DNA of 64,000 nt from the human T2T-CHM13v2.0 reference genome, Homo sapiens: the NCBI RefSeq assembly GCF_009914755.1, contig NC_060939.1. One strand, given 5' to 3'. The first letter of the stretch is position 1. Each line of letters opens with the position of its first letter. Below, in pieces: positions 14,872-28,600 of the stretch. The translations under genes and the position numbers were made by a program. The notes below the pieces were generated by a model, which saw only the letters and a list, made by a program, of their open reading frames with translations, made no database searches and was not told where the DNA came from.

Positions 14872-15445
14872 ATTTTTGAAAAGCCATATGTTTTTGGACC
14901 AAATTTGCCAATGTTAAAATGACCATAATAATGATAACAATATTCACAAATCAATGCCTAGAGTATCTGGAGCTGGCGGTGCATGTTTGCAGGCCTGGTT
15001 CTCAGGCAAGTCCAGGAACCTAGAAGTTTGTTCCTCTTCTGCAAATGCTGGGGCAATGGGAAGGGAACAAAGCAGATAAGGTTTCCAGACCACAGTCAGT
15101 TGGCAATCCCTGCCCTGGTAAATAGAGGACTGTGTGATGTCTGTTTACCGTGTGCTCAAGAAAGGAATTCCAGCCTGGCTTTCTTTCAACTTGGTGCTAA
15201 CCACCTGGAGAGGAATAGTTTAAGAAAAGATTTAAAGTACCAGTACTTTTCAACAGAGCTATGAGAACCTGCTTGCTAAAAATTCATCTTGTCTAATAAT
15301 TACATTTTTCAAAACTCTGCAGAGCTGTGATGGTCCCCGTGGTTAGTACATCCTCTAACACAAACAGACCCAAGCAGACAAGAAGGGTGGGCCTGATGCA
15401 GGACATTTGCCCAGAGCCGCCAAGTCAAAGTGAGCTTTGTGTACA

Positions 15446-15502
15446 GCCTGCTGGCTCATTAGGGGTGTAGCTGCTGCATGCTGGTTCATTAGGGGTGTAG
15501 CT
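15446..15502 (+). repeat. 30-bp tandem duplication
   Basis: gc(c/a)tgctgg(c/t)tcattaggggtgtagct occurs twice with period 30. Confidence 0.85.
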
Positions 15503-15566
15503 TCACATCCAGGTTCCCTGGGCTCTTCAGGACAGAGAGGCAACCTAGTGAATGGGAAAGGACACT

Positions 15567-15652
15567 GGCCTAGTGGGAGGTGTTTGGGTCATGAGGGTGG
15601 ATCTCTCATGAATGGCTTAGTGCTGTTTCAAGACTAGAACCAAGAATGAGTT
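15567..15652 (+). mobile_element. MSTB LTR fragment (copy A)
   Basis: gtgggaggtgtttgggtcatgagggtggatctctcatgaatggctt; shares CAAGACTAGAACCAAGA with the LTR at 16582-16997. Confidence 0.8.
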
Positions 15653-16024
15653 GGATTAGGAGGTCTAAGATTCAGAGAGCTGAAGTTCTTCTGCTGTAAA
15701 AAGAGGTTCATAACATGAAGATCTACCTATTTGCCAAGGTCACGGGAGAGGTCTAATGAGAATAAAAACTATAAAGTGCTGTTCAAACATTAGATGGAGT
15801 CATTACCTGTTCTGTTGATAGAGTACCAGAATACCTGTATGTGAGTCTGTGCATATGTTCCTGTGTGCTCGTGACAAAAACAGACTCACTTTAAACACAC
15901 ACATTTTATATTGCTGTTCCTATTATTTCTGGATCTTTAAGAAAAATAATTTGCAAAAGTAATAATGCTTGCAGCAAACATTTACGTATACTTTCACTTC
16001 TCTGAGGCAACCACTGTCAGCTTT

Positions 16025-16350
16025 GTTTTAGTCTGAGTACTCCGAGAAGCAGATGCCAATCTGGTTAGACATGCAAGAGATTTATTAATGAAAACACCTG
16101 TAAGGACAATGAAGAGTGAGTCAGGGGAGAGGAGGAGAGTCATCTGACTGAAATGCAGACCTGAGGCCTGTGAAGAGAGAGAGAAGGAAGGAAGGTCTTA
16201 GATAGTAATGCAGTTTTGAGAAAGTTTCACTGAGAAAGACACAGACTTTGAGGCAAAGTCTTGTGTCAGGAGTTGTGCCTCTCCCAGAAATGGACCTGCT
16301 TTTGTATTCTTACTGCATTTATTCATTGGCTGGGATCAGCCTCACATTGT
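16025..16350 (-). mobile_element. Old ERVL LTR (LTR67/LTR16-like)
   Basis: agaagcagatgccaa..tgcaagagatttatt..acacctgt..gagagagaaggaagg..ttcattggctggga motifs. Confidence 0.55.
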
Positions 16351-16406
16351 CATGGCCGCTGCAGTGCCTAGTCTTTCAGACTTTCTCTATGTCTATGTAA
16401 TCTTTT

Positions 16407-16408
<2 letters not shown>

Positions 16409-16450
<42 letters not shown>
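16409..16450 (+). repeat. (CA)n microsatellite
   Basis: About 21 CA units. Confidence 0.97.
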
Positions 16451-16452
<2 letters not shown>

Positions 16453-17400
16453 CATGAATATGTATAGATATCTACATAAACACTTACAGTTTTGTGGGTA
16501 GAGCCATGCTTTACATTTTGTTTGGCAACTTGCAATTTTCATTTAATAACAATTTTTTATGAACATCATCATATCAGTATATGATATGGTTTGGATATTT
16601 GTCTCCTCCCAATCTCATGTTGAAAATTGATCCCCAGTGTTGGAGGTGGGGCCTGGTGGGAGGTGTTTGGGTCATGGGGACGGGTCCCTCATGAATGGCT
16701 TGGTTTTGTCCCAAGACTAGAACCAAGAGTGAGTTCTTGCTCTACTAGTTCACATGAAAGCTAGTTGTTTAAAAGAGCCTAGTACCTCTCTTGCTGTCTC
16801 TTTCTTGCCATGTGACACACCGGCTCCCCCTTTGCCTTCTTCCATGATTGGAAGCTTCATGAGGTCGTGACTAGAGGCAGATGTTGGCACCATGCTTTTT
16901 GTAAAGCCTGCAGAACTGTGAGCCAAATAAACTGCTTTTCTTTAGAAATTATCCAGCCTCAGGTATTCTTTTATAGCAACACAAACAGACTAATATAGTA
17001 TATATAGATTCTTCTCATTATTTTTAATGTGAATGGAATTTTATTATTTGCTATACTGAATTTTATTTAACTCATCCTCAGTTGATTTGCATTTGAGTTC
17101 CTTTCAGCTTTTCACTATTATACATAGGCCAGAAAACCTACTCTCACGTACATATTTTTATGTCCATATGTAGCTTTTTAAAATAGGGTAAATTCCTATA
17201 ATCGAAATTGCTGAGTCAGAGGACATGACATGTAAACTTTCAATAGATACTGCCAAATTGACATCCAAAATAATTTCACCAATTCGGCTCTCCCACCAAC
17301 AGTATATGACAGTGAATCATCAGCCATTGCTATATCAGTCCCAGGCATTGTCCTTCTTTGTAATTTTGCCACGTTGATGAGTGAAAAGCGAACATGTGGG
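16451..17400 (-). mobile_element. Ancient L1ME fragment interrupted by the MSTB LTR
   Basis: Antisense L1M 3' region motifs (gaaattgctgagtcagagg, aatagatactgccaaattg, tcccaccaacagtatatga). Confidence 0.65.
16582..16997 (+). mobile_element. MSTB-like MaLR solo LTR (complete, copy B)
   Basis: tgatatggtttgg...gactaatata; 5-bp TSD GTATA at 16577-16581 and 16998-17002. Confidence 0.9.
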
Positions 17401-18414
17401 CTTTAAATAAACCAATTTCAAAGGGAGAGTTCCTATATCCATGATTCCTTACGGCTTTCTCCTGGTGGATCTATCTATTCCTAATCCAAGCTGTTAGGAG
17501 CCTGGGTTTGACTTGTATAGGTTAGGAGTCCTGAACTCAGAAGCAGAGAAGAAAACTGGATGTGGTCTCTTATGCCAAATACCAATCACAAGCCCCCAAA
17601 TGGCACCATTAGAAACTTGTTTCCTTGGAACTCTGGGAAGCTGTTAAAACCCAGAGCCCTCTATTGAAGTGAAAATACTCTCTTTGAGCCTCAGATATAA
17701 TCCAGGATCTATGTTTTCCAATGGGAAAACTGAATTCTTTCCTAGACAGTGCTTCAATCAACCAGGGTCAAAAAATGAGTTAATGATAGAGTTCAGTCTG
17801 AGACCAGGTTTTCTGACTTCTACTCTCTTACTCTACACTGTGAGAATACAAATAATATTTTTTAAAAATCATAATTACAGCTATAAATGTTGGTGTTAAC
17901 TAACCGTTTGGAATCATCAAGTTTCTTAAGTCAAATAGAGAAAATGAAAGCTAAAAGCACTAAATGCTTAATATCTGAAGAATTACAATGTATGTATTCA
18001 TGTCACCATTTAGCATTTAATGAATCAAATACGTGGCTACAACGATGAAAAAGATAAAAATGGTTAGCTCTCTTGTTTTAGGGAAAGTGACTATGATGCT
18101 TTGGCTCTCAACAAGTAACTTTCATGTGTCGCTATTGTGTATATATAAATACATATAACAGGAAGTTTGGTTGCATAGTTTAAGTAGTTGTCCAAAGACC
18201 TTCCTAATTTCCAATTTAACCTAGTGTTGTAGATCCTAAACAAGCCATTCTAAACAGGGGAGTGAGTCCCTCTCTGTGACTCCTCAGAGCTGGTTGACAG
18301 CATTCCTTTGATCACTTTACTTTTGTACCCTGAGATGTAATTTATTTAAATCTGGAAGTATGAATTCTTAGGGTGTGAGTAGTACTAGTAAAAATATTCC
18401 CTAGTTCTTTGTAA

Positions 18415-18711
18415 AGTGGGAGGTGTTTGGGTCATGAGGGTGGATACCTCATGAATGGCTTGGTGTGGTTCCAAGACTAGAACCAAGAGTGAGTGCTCGC
18501 TCTATTAATTCACGTGAGAGCTAGTTGTTTAAAAGAACCTGGCATCTCTCTTGCTGTCTCTCTCTTGCTTTCTTTCTTGCCATGTGACACACCTGCTCCC
18601 CCTTCGCCTTCTTCCATAATTGGAAGCTTCCTGAAGTCCTGACCAGAGGCAGATGCTGACACCATGCTTCTTGTACAGCCTGCAGAACTGTGAGCCAAAT
18701 AAACCTCTTTT
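18415..18711 (+). mobile_element. MSTB LTR fragment (copy C), both termini missing
   Basis: Colinear with 16656-16940, including CAAGACTAGAACCAAGA; ends just after aataaacctctttt. Confidence 0.85.
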
Positions 18712-19049
18712 ATTAGGTTTATTTTAATTCTTCAGGAGTATTTTTTACTAGTTTGGAACTTTGAACTAAACAGAGAGAACAGTTTTGGTTAAGTAGAACC
18801 AAAGATCCCACTCCTTAAGTGAAGATAGAATGTAGAATGCCTCTCATTTCTGTTATCTTAGAAACCTGTAACATTAATTCTTGTGCCCCAAGTAGTGAGT
18901 CTGTTTTTTCTTGTTTATATTCATGATTTGAATTTATTACTGGGGATTTTAGTCTTTCTTCAGGATCTATCATTTGTCAATCCTCATTTTCCAACATTTA
19001 TATAAATATTTTTCATTCCTAGCTCTGAAATCACATTGCTTTTTTTTGT

Positions 19050-19790
19050 TAACCTTTTTATTGTAAATGAAAGCACAGATTATGAAAGCCACACAATACG
19101 AATGTGTGGCTTAATGACTTATTTATGAGGCAAGTTCTCTTGTAACTATCACCCAGGTTAGGAAACAGAGCTGTATCACTGACCCCAGAAGTCTTCTATG
19201 TGCCTGTTACAATATCCAGCCTCCTGCTCTTTCAAAAATGGTCACCCACTGGACTTTTCTTATATTCCTAGACACTGTAATTTAGTCTTACCCATTTTTT
19301 ATTTGCTTTTAAGTCTCTCTTGATTTACAGTGCACCCTTCATAACTTTATTTTCCCTATCATTTGTCATTTGAAAAACCTGGGGCATTTGACCTGTAGCA
19401 TTACCCATAGTGTGGATTCTGTTCATTGCATACTTAGGGTGCAGTTCATCATGCTCCCCTTTACTTTGGATTTCCTGCAAGTTGGCAGCTGATGCAAAGT
19501 ATTTATCAGATTTATGATCAATCTCTAGCAAGACTATAGGAGGTTGTTCAATCTTTCATCAAAAGGCACATCATGTCTGATTATATTTTTGCAACACTAG
19601 CAGTGGTGGATATTCAGTATCCAGATCCATTAGTTTATTGGGAGTAGCAAGGTAGTTACATTTTACTCTTTATTCTTTACTTATTAGTTAAAATATTTTG
19701 ATAAAAAATGCATCTCATCATATACTATTTGGTTACTCCATGGTATTATATGTATAAGAAAAGCTAGATAAATTAAAAGGAATTGTGAGG
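19050..19790 (-). mobile_element. Old L1ME/L1MC 3' fragments
   Basis: Degenerate antisense L1M 3' UTR motifs (tgtaactatcacccagg; aaacctggggcatttgacctgtag). Confidence 0.55.
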
Positions 19791-19833
19791 TTTATAACAA
19801 CGTGTAAGAAAAATGTATGAAAAAAATAGCAAA

Positions 19834-20161
<328 letters not shown>

Positions 20162-21134
20162 TTACTTTATTTCCGGACAATATATGAGTGTGTGTGTGTT
20201 TTCTTTTCTGTGTATCTCATATTTTAAAAATCAAATCCTGGACATTGTGTGTAAAATAGTGAGACTGAAGAGAACAAAATTTGTGCCTGAAAATGGGCAG
20301 TTCTCTTCTTAAGTTATGCTTTTACTGTGGGGTGCTTGAGCTAATCCAGCCAACATTCCAGCTGTTTTTTTGGGTTGTTGTTACAGTTATGTTCAGTACA
20401 CCATGGACTTCAAATTTCTTCATTGTTAAACTGCTCATAGTTGTATTCTGTGTGGGCTCTGAGGCTGCAGCAGGGTTTTTCTCAGAATTCCTGTCCAGTC
20501 AACTTCCATTGAATCTTGCATGGCTGTACCTGGGGTCTCTCTTCACGCCCTAGCCCCTTCTCAGAGGCAAAGTGCTATTACTCGTAACTCCTTGCTAGGC
20601 TGCAGTTTCCTGTGATTGGGGCAGAGTTCAGTGTTTTTTTGTTTTGTTTTGTTTTATTTATCTTACCCGTTTAACTCTCTCCAGGTAAATTTGTCTTGGT
20701 AGTTTTTATTTGATTGTTTTTTTTTGGGAATCGCCGAAGTTGGAGTTTTTTTCTTTTTCCCTCTTTAGACAGTCTAACCCTGGGATTTCACTTATATTCA
20801 GGAAGTGTCTAGGGTACACACCCAGTTATACCAAACTTCTCATCATTTGTTATGTCATATAGTATGGTTCTTAAGATTTGTATCACAACTGTTTCATGAG
20901 CTAGTACTTTCTTATTGATCAAAATATGGAGTACCTATTTTCTAAACTTTCTGAATGATGAAATAAATAGTGTGGCAAGTCGTGTACTAGGTCCTTCCAA
21001 TTCTTTCTGGAAGTGTGCAGATTTTAAATGATAAATGAAGTCAGAATTTTTTTGCAAGTTCTCTTGCAGCAGAAAATGACTTCCAAGGATGTAGGCTGTG
21101 ATATACACAGATTGGGTTTAAAAAGTCTTGGCTA

Positions 21135-21433
<299 letters not shown>

Positions 21434-21517
21434 TCTTGGCAAGCTGTGTCACTTTTAGCAATTTAATTATTCTATCTATATCTCAGTTTTTCCATCTGAG
21501 AAACAAAGATAATTATA

Positions 21518-21641
21518 TTCATTCATATTTTTCAACAAATATTTATTGAGTGCTTTCTAAGTTGCAGGCATTGTTCTAGATGCTGGGGATACAGCAGTGA
21601 CAAAATGTACAAAAACTCAGCCCTCAAGGAGCTTACTTTCT
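21518..21641 (-). mobile_element. L2 3' end
   Basis: ttcaacaaatatttattgagtgc..aggcattgttctagatgctggggatacagcagtga..gccctcaaggagcttac. Confidence 0.8.
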
Positions 21642-22501
21642 GCACTCACATAGATGGCTTCTGAAGATTAAATGAGATATAACATAATACTCCTTGTTCA
21701 GAGCTGGGACATGGTAGTTGCTCTATAAATGTTGATTCCTTCCTGCCTCCTTTTAATAGATGTTCCCTATCACTTTGAAAATGATACTTTTAATTGATTT
21801 AGCTCTTTGGCATTATTATTTCAGTAGTCAATGGTTTCCCAAGCAACAACAGCCTAGGCAATGTAATTGAGGCATAAATCAATGTTAAAGGATTTTGTTA
21901 TGACTCACAGCAGTTACCAGCAGTGTCTCTACTGTCTTTGTTCCCAAATACCTCCAATCTCATCCAGAGACTCGCCCTCAGTGCCCCTGAATGCTTGTGT
22001 CACCTGGCTAGCTCAGGGCATTACTGACCCCTGAGGCTCCCTTTCCATGGCTTGATGTTATTCTTCCTTGCCCTAGACACTTTTCACTCCACACTACCCG
22101 TATTAGGATGGCAGTAGCTTTGCTTAATTTGTGGTCAAATTTCAGTGGAACATATTCTTGCAATTTTTCTTACCTTGAAAGTAGGGCATGGGATGGAGTG
22201 GCCTTATATGTTCAGTTCCTTTCAATGACCTCAGCTTTTTACTTTGCCTGAGCTTTCATTATTTTTTTTTTCTGAAAAGGACAACTATTGTTTTATTTGC
22301 CCAGAATTCTTTTCCTCTTCTTCTCAAATATCCAGGCCTCTTCTTTTGGAAATGCCTATCTCTCCATTTCCAGGGTTCTAATGTGTGTAGGGGCCACCAA
22401 TTCCTTACACATCACGGGCTCCAAATGATCTAAACAGGCTACATTTTAAATCACAAAATTGTGCCTACCTGGTCACAGTTACTGGGTCCAGGGGTAGCTT
22501 T

Positions 22502-22547
22502 AAGATTCAAGAGTCCCAAGACTCAAGAATCCCAAGACTCAAGATTC
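22502..22547 (+). repeat. 16-bp tandem repeat, about 3 copies
   Basis: aagattcaagagtccc / aagactcaagaatccc / aagactcaagattc. Confidence 0.8.
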
Positions 22548-23116
22548 TGGTTTTCAACCCAGGATTTTTCAAGTAAAACTGACAAAGGGGATTAAGTTCT
22601 TTTCCAGTAGTGAAGCTGTGGGATTGATTGGAAATCTTGCCTTCCTCCGTCCAATTACGGCTTGAGGGGTTAATTGACGGGTATGTTTTACTGATTGCTT
22701 GGGAGATTTTAACTCCTAAATTATATGCTTCTTCTACATGCCTAGAAACACATTGCTAGATCGCTAAGATCACTGTAGAAATGCAGTTTAGGCTCTCGGT
22801 ACATGTTATTTGCTCCTTAGAACATCCTGTGAGAAATTTAGTGCAGATAACAATCTCTCTCTCTCTCTTTCTTTGACAAGGAGATTAAACATGGCAAATT
22901 TTTTGTCCATTTTTACATGAGTAGAAAATGGCAAAGCCAAAGTTATAACTCAAGATTCTTGATTTTAAGATTAGTGTTCTTTCCACTATACTACATTGCC
23001 TGTTTGTGACTTTTGTAATCTCTATTGGACACGATTACCCAGATATGGAGGTTAATATTGCCTCAAAATTGTATCACTTTTGTATCTCATCATTTTAAAA
23101 AACCTTACCTATGTAC

Positions 23117-23456
23117 TTTATTATTTTACTTTAAGTTCTGGGATACATGTGCTGAACGTGCAGGTTTGTTACATAGCTACACATGTGCCATGGTGGTTTG
23201 CTGTACCTATCAACAATCATCTAGGTTTTAAGCCCCGGATGCATGAGGTGTTTGTCCTAATGCTCTCCCTCCCCTTCCCCCTGACCCCTGACAGGCCCGG
23301 TGTGTGATGTTCACCTCTCTGTGTCCATGTGTTCTCATTGTTCAACTCCCACTTATTTGTGAGAACATGTGGTGTTTGGTTTTCTGTCCCTGTGTTAGTT
23401 TGCTGAGAATGATGGCTTCCAGCTTCATCCATGTTCCTGCAAAGGACATGAACTCA
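23117..23456 (-). mobile_element. L1PA8-like 3' end, 5'-truncated
   Basis: ttttactttaagttctgggatacatgtg and tctaggttttaagcccc..tttgtcctaatgctctccctcccctt motifs. Confidence 0.88.
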
Positions 23457-23520
23457 GAATAATATTCTTATAGGAAAGTATTCTTGAATTAAATAATGCT
23501 CTAAGTAGTGAATTGGTCAG

Positions 23521-24273
23521 TGTGGTGGTTTTAAAAATAAATCTTCAAACTTTTTGATAGCCCTTCTTTACTTAATTACCTCCCTTTGAGTGAGGGCGGA
23601 CTTAGTGACTTGCTTCTAACAAGTAGAATATGGCAGAAGTGACTGAGATGCCTGAGATAAGGACATAAAAGACATTTTGATTTTCTCTTTTTCTCTTTCT
23701 TGGATCATTCACTTTGGGAAAAACCTGTTTCCCCACTTAAGCAGCTCTACGGAAAGACCTGTGTGGCTAGGAACTAAGGCCTCCTGTCAATAGTCCTGTG
23801 TATGAGTCATCTTGGAAGTAGATTGCCCAGCTGCCGTCAAGCCTTCAGAAGACTGTGGTCCTCACTGACATCTTGCCTGCAACCTCATGAGAGTTCCTGA
23901 GCTAGACCACCCAGTTAAGTTACTGCTGGATTCCTGACCACAGAAACTGTGAGCTGGTAAATGTTTATTGCTTTAAGCCACTCAATTTTAGGGCAATTTG
24001 TTATGTAGTAATAGATAATTAAACAGATTTGGGTCACACACTCTTAGACTTGATTTGGATGCAAGGTTCTGCATTTTGAGTTGATGGCATAAAGGGATGA
24101 GAGTTCTGAGGGTTCTTGGGAGGTGAGTTCATTTTGCATGTTGGGGGAATGTAAATAATTTCCAACCAGAGGGCAGCTCTGGAAGTTTAAAAATATGTCC
24201 ACAAATTCTTTGATGTTCCTTTCTTCAAAGATAGAGCCTAATTCTCTTTCTCTGGCAATAAATAACTAATATA
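23521..24273 (+). mobile_element. MLT1F-like MaLR: 5' LTR 23521-24025, short internal remnant, internally deleted 3' LTR 24178-24273
   Basis: The LTR start motif (ttaaaaat..caaa..tttgat) and end motif (aata.ataa.taa) each occur twice; PPT-like ccagagggcag precedes the second LTR. Confidence 0.72.
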
Positions 24274-24284
24274 ACCAACTTCTT

Positions 24285-24426
24285 CAGGGATGCCCAGAAG
24301 ACCCTGCACTTGGCTTAATGCCCTGTTGTTGCATCTTGCTCAGTTGCAAGGAGTCTGGTTTGAACAAGAGGCCTCACCCTTTCATTTTTGCACTTTCATT
24401 GTGCACGGGGTATGTGGCCAGTCCTG
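24285..24426 (+). mobile_element. MER45A-like hAT MITE
   Basis: caggg...gtcctg termini; cagaagaccctgcacttggcttaatgc and tttgaacaag..ttcatttttgcact motifs. Confidence 0.65.
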
Positions 24427-25697
24427 AGCTGCATTTTCTGCCACAAACTTGGGGTCACTGCCTTCCTTGATATTTGGACTTATTTCTGTCCCCAGAGCCC
24501 TAGGGAGCTCACTCTCTGTGGTCTTTAGGAATTTGGGAAGTGGCTACTCATTTTACTCCACCTTAGGACAAAAGTGATTCCTCCTGGTCCCTTCAATTGT
24601 CAGCTTAGTTGGTGATCTCAACTTCTGAGGTGAAGACACTCAGGGAATGTTCATGGTCAGTGGCCCATGTGGTTCTTCTGAGCTTAAGAGGCACTGCATT
24701 TAGCCAATTCCTGATTCTCCCCATCTTTTTCTTGACTTCTGCTCCTTTGTGGGGCCACACGACATCCCTAAATGTGTTGTTTCCTATCTTTTTTTTAGTT
24801 ATTTCACCTCCATCTCCTCCAGGGATCACCACACCTTTCTTCATTTTCTGGGGTGCACCTTCAGACACTTCTGGACCAGATCATTATTTGCTAACAGTAG
24901 CATTGAACTCAATTACACCTAGATACTCCTCCTATCCAGGTTGAACACATTCTTAAATCAGCAACAATTCCCCTTGGGAGAAGATATTTGAGTCTTATGG
25001 GCTAGAAATTCACTTTTTTTCGGGGGGGAAAATGTTTGTCCAATGCCTTCCCAAAATGGCAACAAATGGGGCAGTTCTTAGAAAATAATGTTGTTTTTAG
25101 CTCCTAAGGAACTACTCCATCAAGCAATAGCTCTTAAGCAGGAACTTGTAGTATGAATATCTTCACTACTCTTGTATCAGCATTGTGGAATTTTCTATCC
25201 ACTCTCAGAAATTCTGCAAACATGATACAGTCAGAGTTTAGGCGATTTTATCTTCAGCAGTTTCTACTATAACCAATGCAGTGTAACCTGCAAGATGCCA
25301 ATGTGGGAGCTGTTCTACATTTGGAGTCTGATTGGAGAACTTGTAGCCATGACTTAGTTTCTTTGGTTGACTCAATTGTAGGCCATTTGACTTATTTTTC
25401 AGAGCAGGCTAGTTAAAAACATAAGACATGGTTTCAAAGGTAGGGGTGTATTTACTTGCTTCTCTCTAAGATTATGCCTAATCTCTTTTGACATGGAGAT
25501 ACCAAGAAGATATCTGGGCACACATTAGGAAAGAACTGAGGGGAACTGAGAGGCTTCTGGAGATGAGTGAGGGTTCAGGCCTTCATTAAGCCATGCAGAG
25601 TTTGTCCAAATACTCACTAGGGGCAGTCTAGCCTTAATTAGATTAATATATATTCAGGCACACATATGGGGTAAAGTCTTATTATTTTACATATCAC

Positions 25698-28600
25698 AAT
25701 GGCAGACATAGAGATGCATTGCTTAGATCCCCCTTCAAGAAAGGACGTGATCCTTAGTTGCAAGGAGTCTGGTTTCCTGGCAACCTTCTGTGGTTTTCTT
25801 CTTCAAGTCTACTTCAGTCTCAGAGCTGGGACTGCCGTAATGGACAGTTGTTGCTCCAGAGATTCTTAGTGGGCTGGCTGAGACTTGGTCTAATATGGAT
25901 TATGGTTTGCTATCTCCCCTTACCTAGTCCCCCCTCCTCCTGTCTCTTTTCACAGATGTTACGCTTCAATCTACTGTCTGCATTCTTAACTCTGTCTCAG
26001 CATCTGATTCCCAGAGGACCTAACTGATGGTGGTTCCAGGAATGCTCAAAGAAAACAGGTGGTAAGATGAAGTTTTGGGCTTGGATCACTCACAGCCTGG
26101 CTGGCAATGAGATCACCATCCCAGGTGGTATCCCAGGTGGTATGAGGAGGGCGCAGATAATCTCTGGCATGAGGTGTTGGCCTGATTGCAAAAACTTTCT
26201 CTGGTGAATTGAGAGAATGTTCCAATGCAATGATTAAGGCATTTGAAAAGTACAGGAGAAATAATCAATACAAGGAAAATGAAAATTGGCTGATTGTTAC
26301 TAAGTTGTATTAATGCCTGGTAGAGGAATAATGAAAAGCTGAAGGCAGTTAAAAATTGAAAACTAACAAAGTCACAAGTCTTATTTGGTAGCTTACAAAT
26401 AGGCCTTTATCTTTGGCATTTGGAGAAAAGAAAAAGGCCAAACTCAGGATTAAATACAGTTCTCAGCTTCAAAGACCATTGGTTACAGAGCTGAGGCAGA
26501 GATATTATGCCAGGGGTGGGGCTTTGGATAAGAAAACTGAGATTCTAATGCGTGGGAGAGGGACAACTTGTTGGCTGCCTCCCAAATGTTAGCTTCCCAG
26601 ACTCCTCTGGACTCTTAGAGCTTGCAGAGGTTGCCTTTTCCCCTATTAAGAGGTAATACAGGCTGGGTGTGGTGGCTCACACCTGTAATTCCAGTACTTT
26701 GGGAGGCTGAGGTGGGTGGATCGCCAGGTCAAGGATCGAGACCATCCTGGCCAACATGGTCAAACCCCATCTCTACTAAAAATATAAAAATTAGCTGGGT
26801 GTGGTGGCACGTGTCTGTAATCCCAGCTACTTGAGAGGCTGAGGCAGGAGAATTGCTTGAACCCAGGAGGTGGAGTGAGCCAAGATGGTGCCACTGAACT
26901 CCAGCCTGGTGACAGAGTGAGACTCCAGCTCAAAAAAAAAAAAAAAAAAAAAAAAAAAGAGATAATACATTCCTCTTTTATGTGAGAAGCCATTGTAGGC
27001 TAGGTGATGTATATGGAGCCCATCTTCTGCAAGGTAATAGCCCTGCCACATTCCCATCAAGATAAGGCCTCACCTATTCTCTTGGCTGCCAGGCCTATAT
27101 TAGTGTTAAGTCACAGCATGACCCAGTTTGGGATGTCCTGGATCTGATAAAGGAAGAAAGGTATTATACTCCAAAAAAGTTACATGACCTAGTCAGCATG
27201 TACCAACATGTACCAGCAGCACCCAAGGTACTAGAGTTTGAGGGTTCTTGAACATAAGACTGGGTAAGGATGAGTTTACTGGCTTGGAGGCACCCTTAGA
27301 ATGAAGGATTTGATGTCTTGGCAAAGACTCCAGGGCACAGTGCAAACTGACTAGTGAGGCTTCAAGAAGCAAGAGAAAAATGAAAATCTATACTGAGTGA
27401 AGTGGTAATACCAGAATTGTCATTGTAAATACTGCAGTAAGAGAATGAAAGTGTCAGGGAAGCAGGCATGCTGGAATGGAGATACTACGTGAGGCCAGAA
27501 AATCCACCAGAGGTTTATGTTCCATGAGAGGGCAAGAAGACACATACCATTTACCAAAGCCACCAGGAAGGCACTGGTTAAAGGCATACCAGCATCATTA
27601 AAACATTTCAGTGTTGGCTGTCCTTTGCAGACCAGGTCTGATGATGGTAGGGGCTACCACACAACTTAATTTATTGATAGCAATGGGGTTTTGAAGGTAC
27701 AGTATTTCTATTCTAGAAATGGTATTTGGGCCCATATACTTGGTGACTTGAAAGGCTGCTTTCTTTAAATGGGGCCCAAAACAAGAAAGGCATCTGTAAT
27801 ATGTCCAGGTAGCAACACAAGCAGCTCTGTTGCTTGGGCTATTTGATCCAGCAAACCCTATTAGTATGAGAATAAAAATGCAGATTCCTGAGTTTATGCA
27901 GCAAGGCCATAATACCATTTGAAAGATAACTCCTGGCACCTGAATAATTCCTTGTAAAGACAGAATACTTGGTCATGGGGCACTACATGACCATGAGTTC
28001 AGAATTTCCTATGATGTATAAGGTCCTGGTGAATCACCAACTCATAAAATCAGGTGTACCCAGCAGCATCCTGTTGTAAGCTGGAAGCGGTACATCTAGG
28101 ATTTAGAACAAGCAAGACCAGGGGACACAAGAAGCCTTCATGAGCAAATAGCCCAGACTCAGCACAGTTGTACCAGCCGCGCTTTCCTCAGTGTAAACTT
28201 ATGGTATTTAATGTATTGCATCATCCAGAAGCATCTGGCCTAGTAGAGTGTTGGAACAGTTGCTGAAGTGTTGGAGCAATACTCTGAGGATGTGGTGCCA
28301 TTCTCCAGGATGCAGTACATACACATTATTAGAGGCTTCTATATGGTGCTGTGTTACCAAAAGAAAGAATGCATAGGACCAGGAGCTAAGGGATGGGAGC
28401 AAAAATTGCCCCATTTACCACCATTCCAAGTGACACATGAGGGGGCTTTTTGCTTCTTGTCCCTGAAACTCCAGGATCTGAAACATTAGAGAAGGAACTC
28501 TTGTTTTCAAAAAAGGCACACTTGCCAGGAGAAACACAAGGTCCCATTCAACTGTAAGCTATGGCTAACTTCTGAGACCTGTTTGACCCTCATATTCAGG

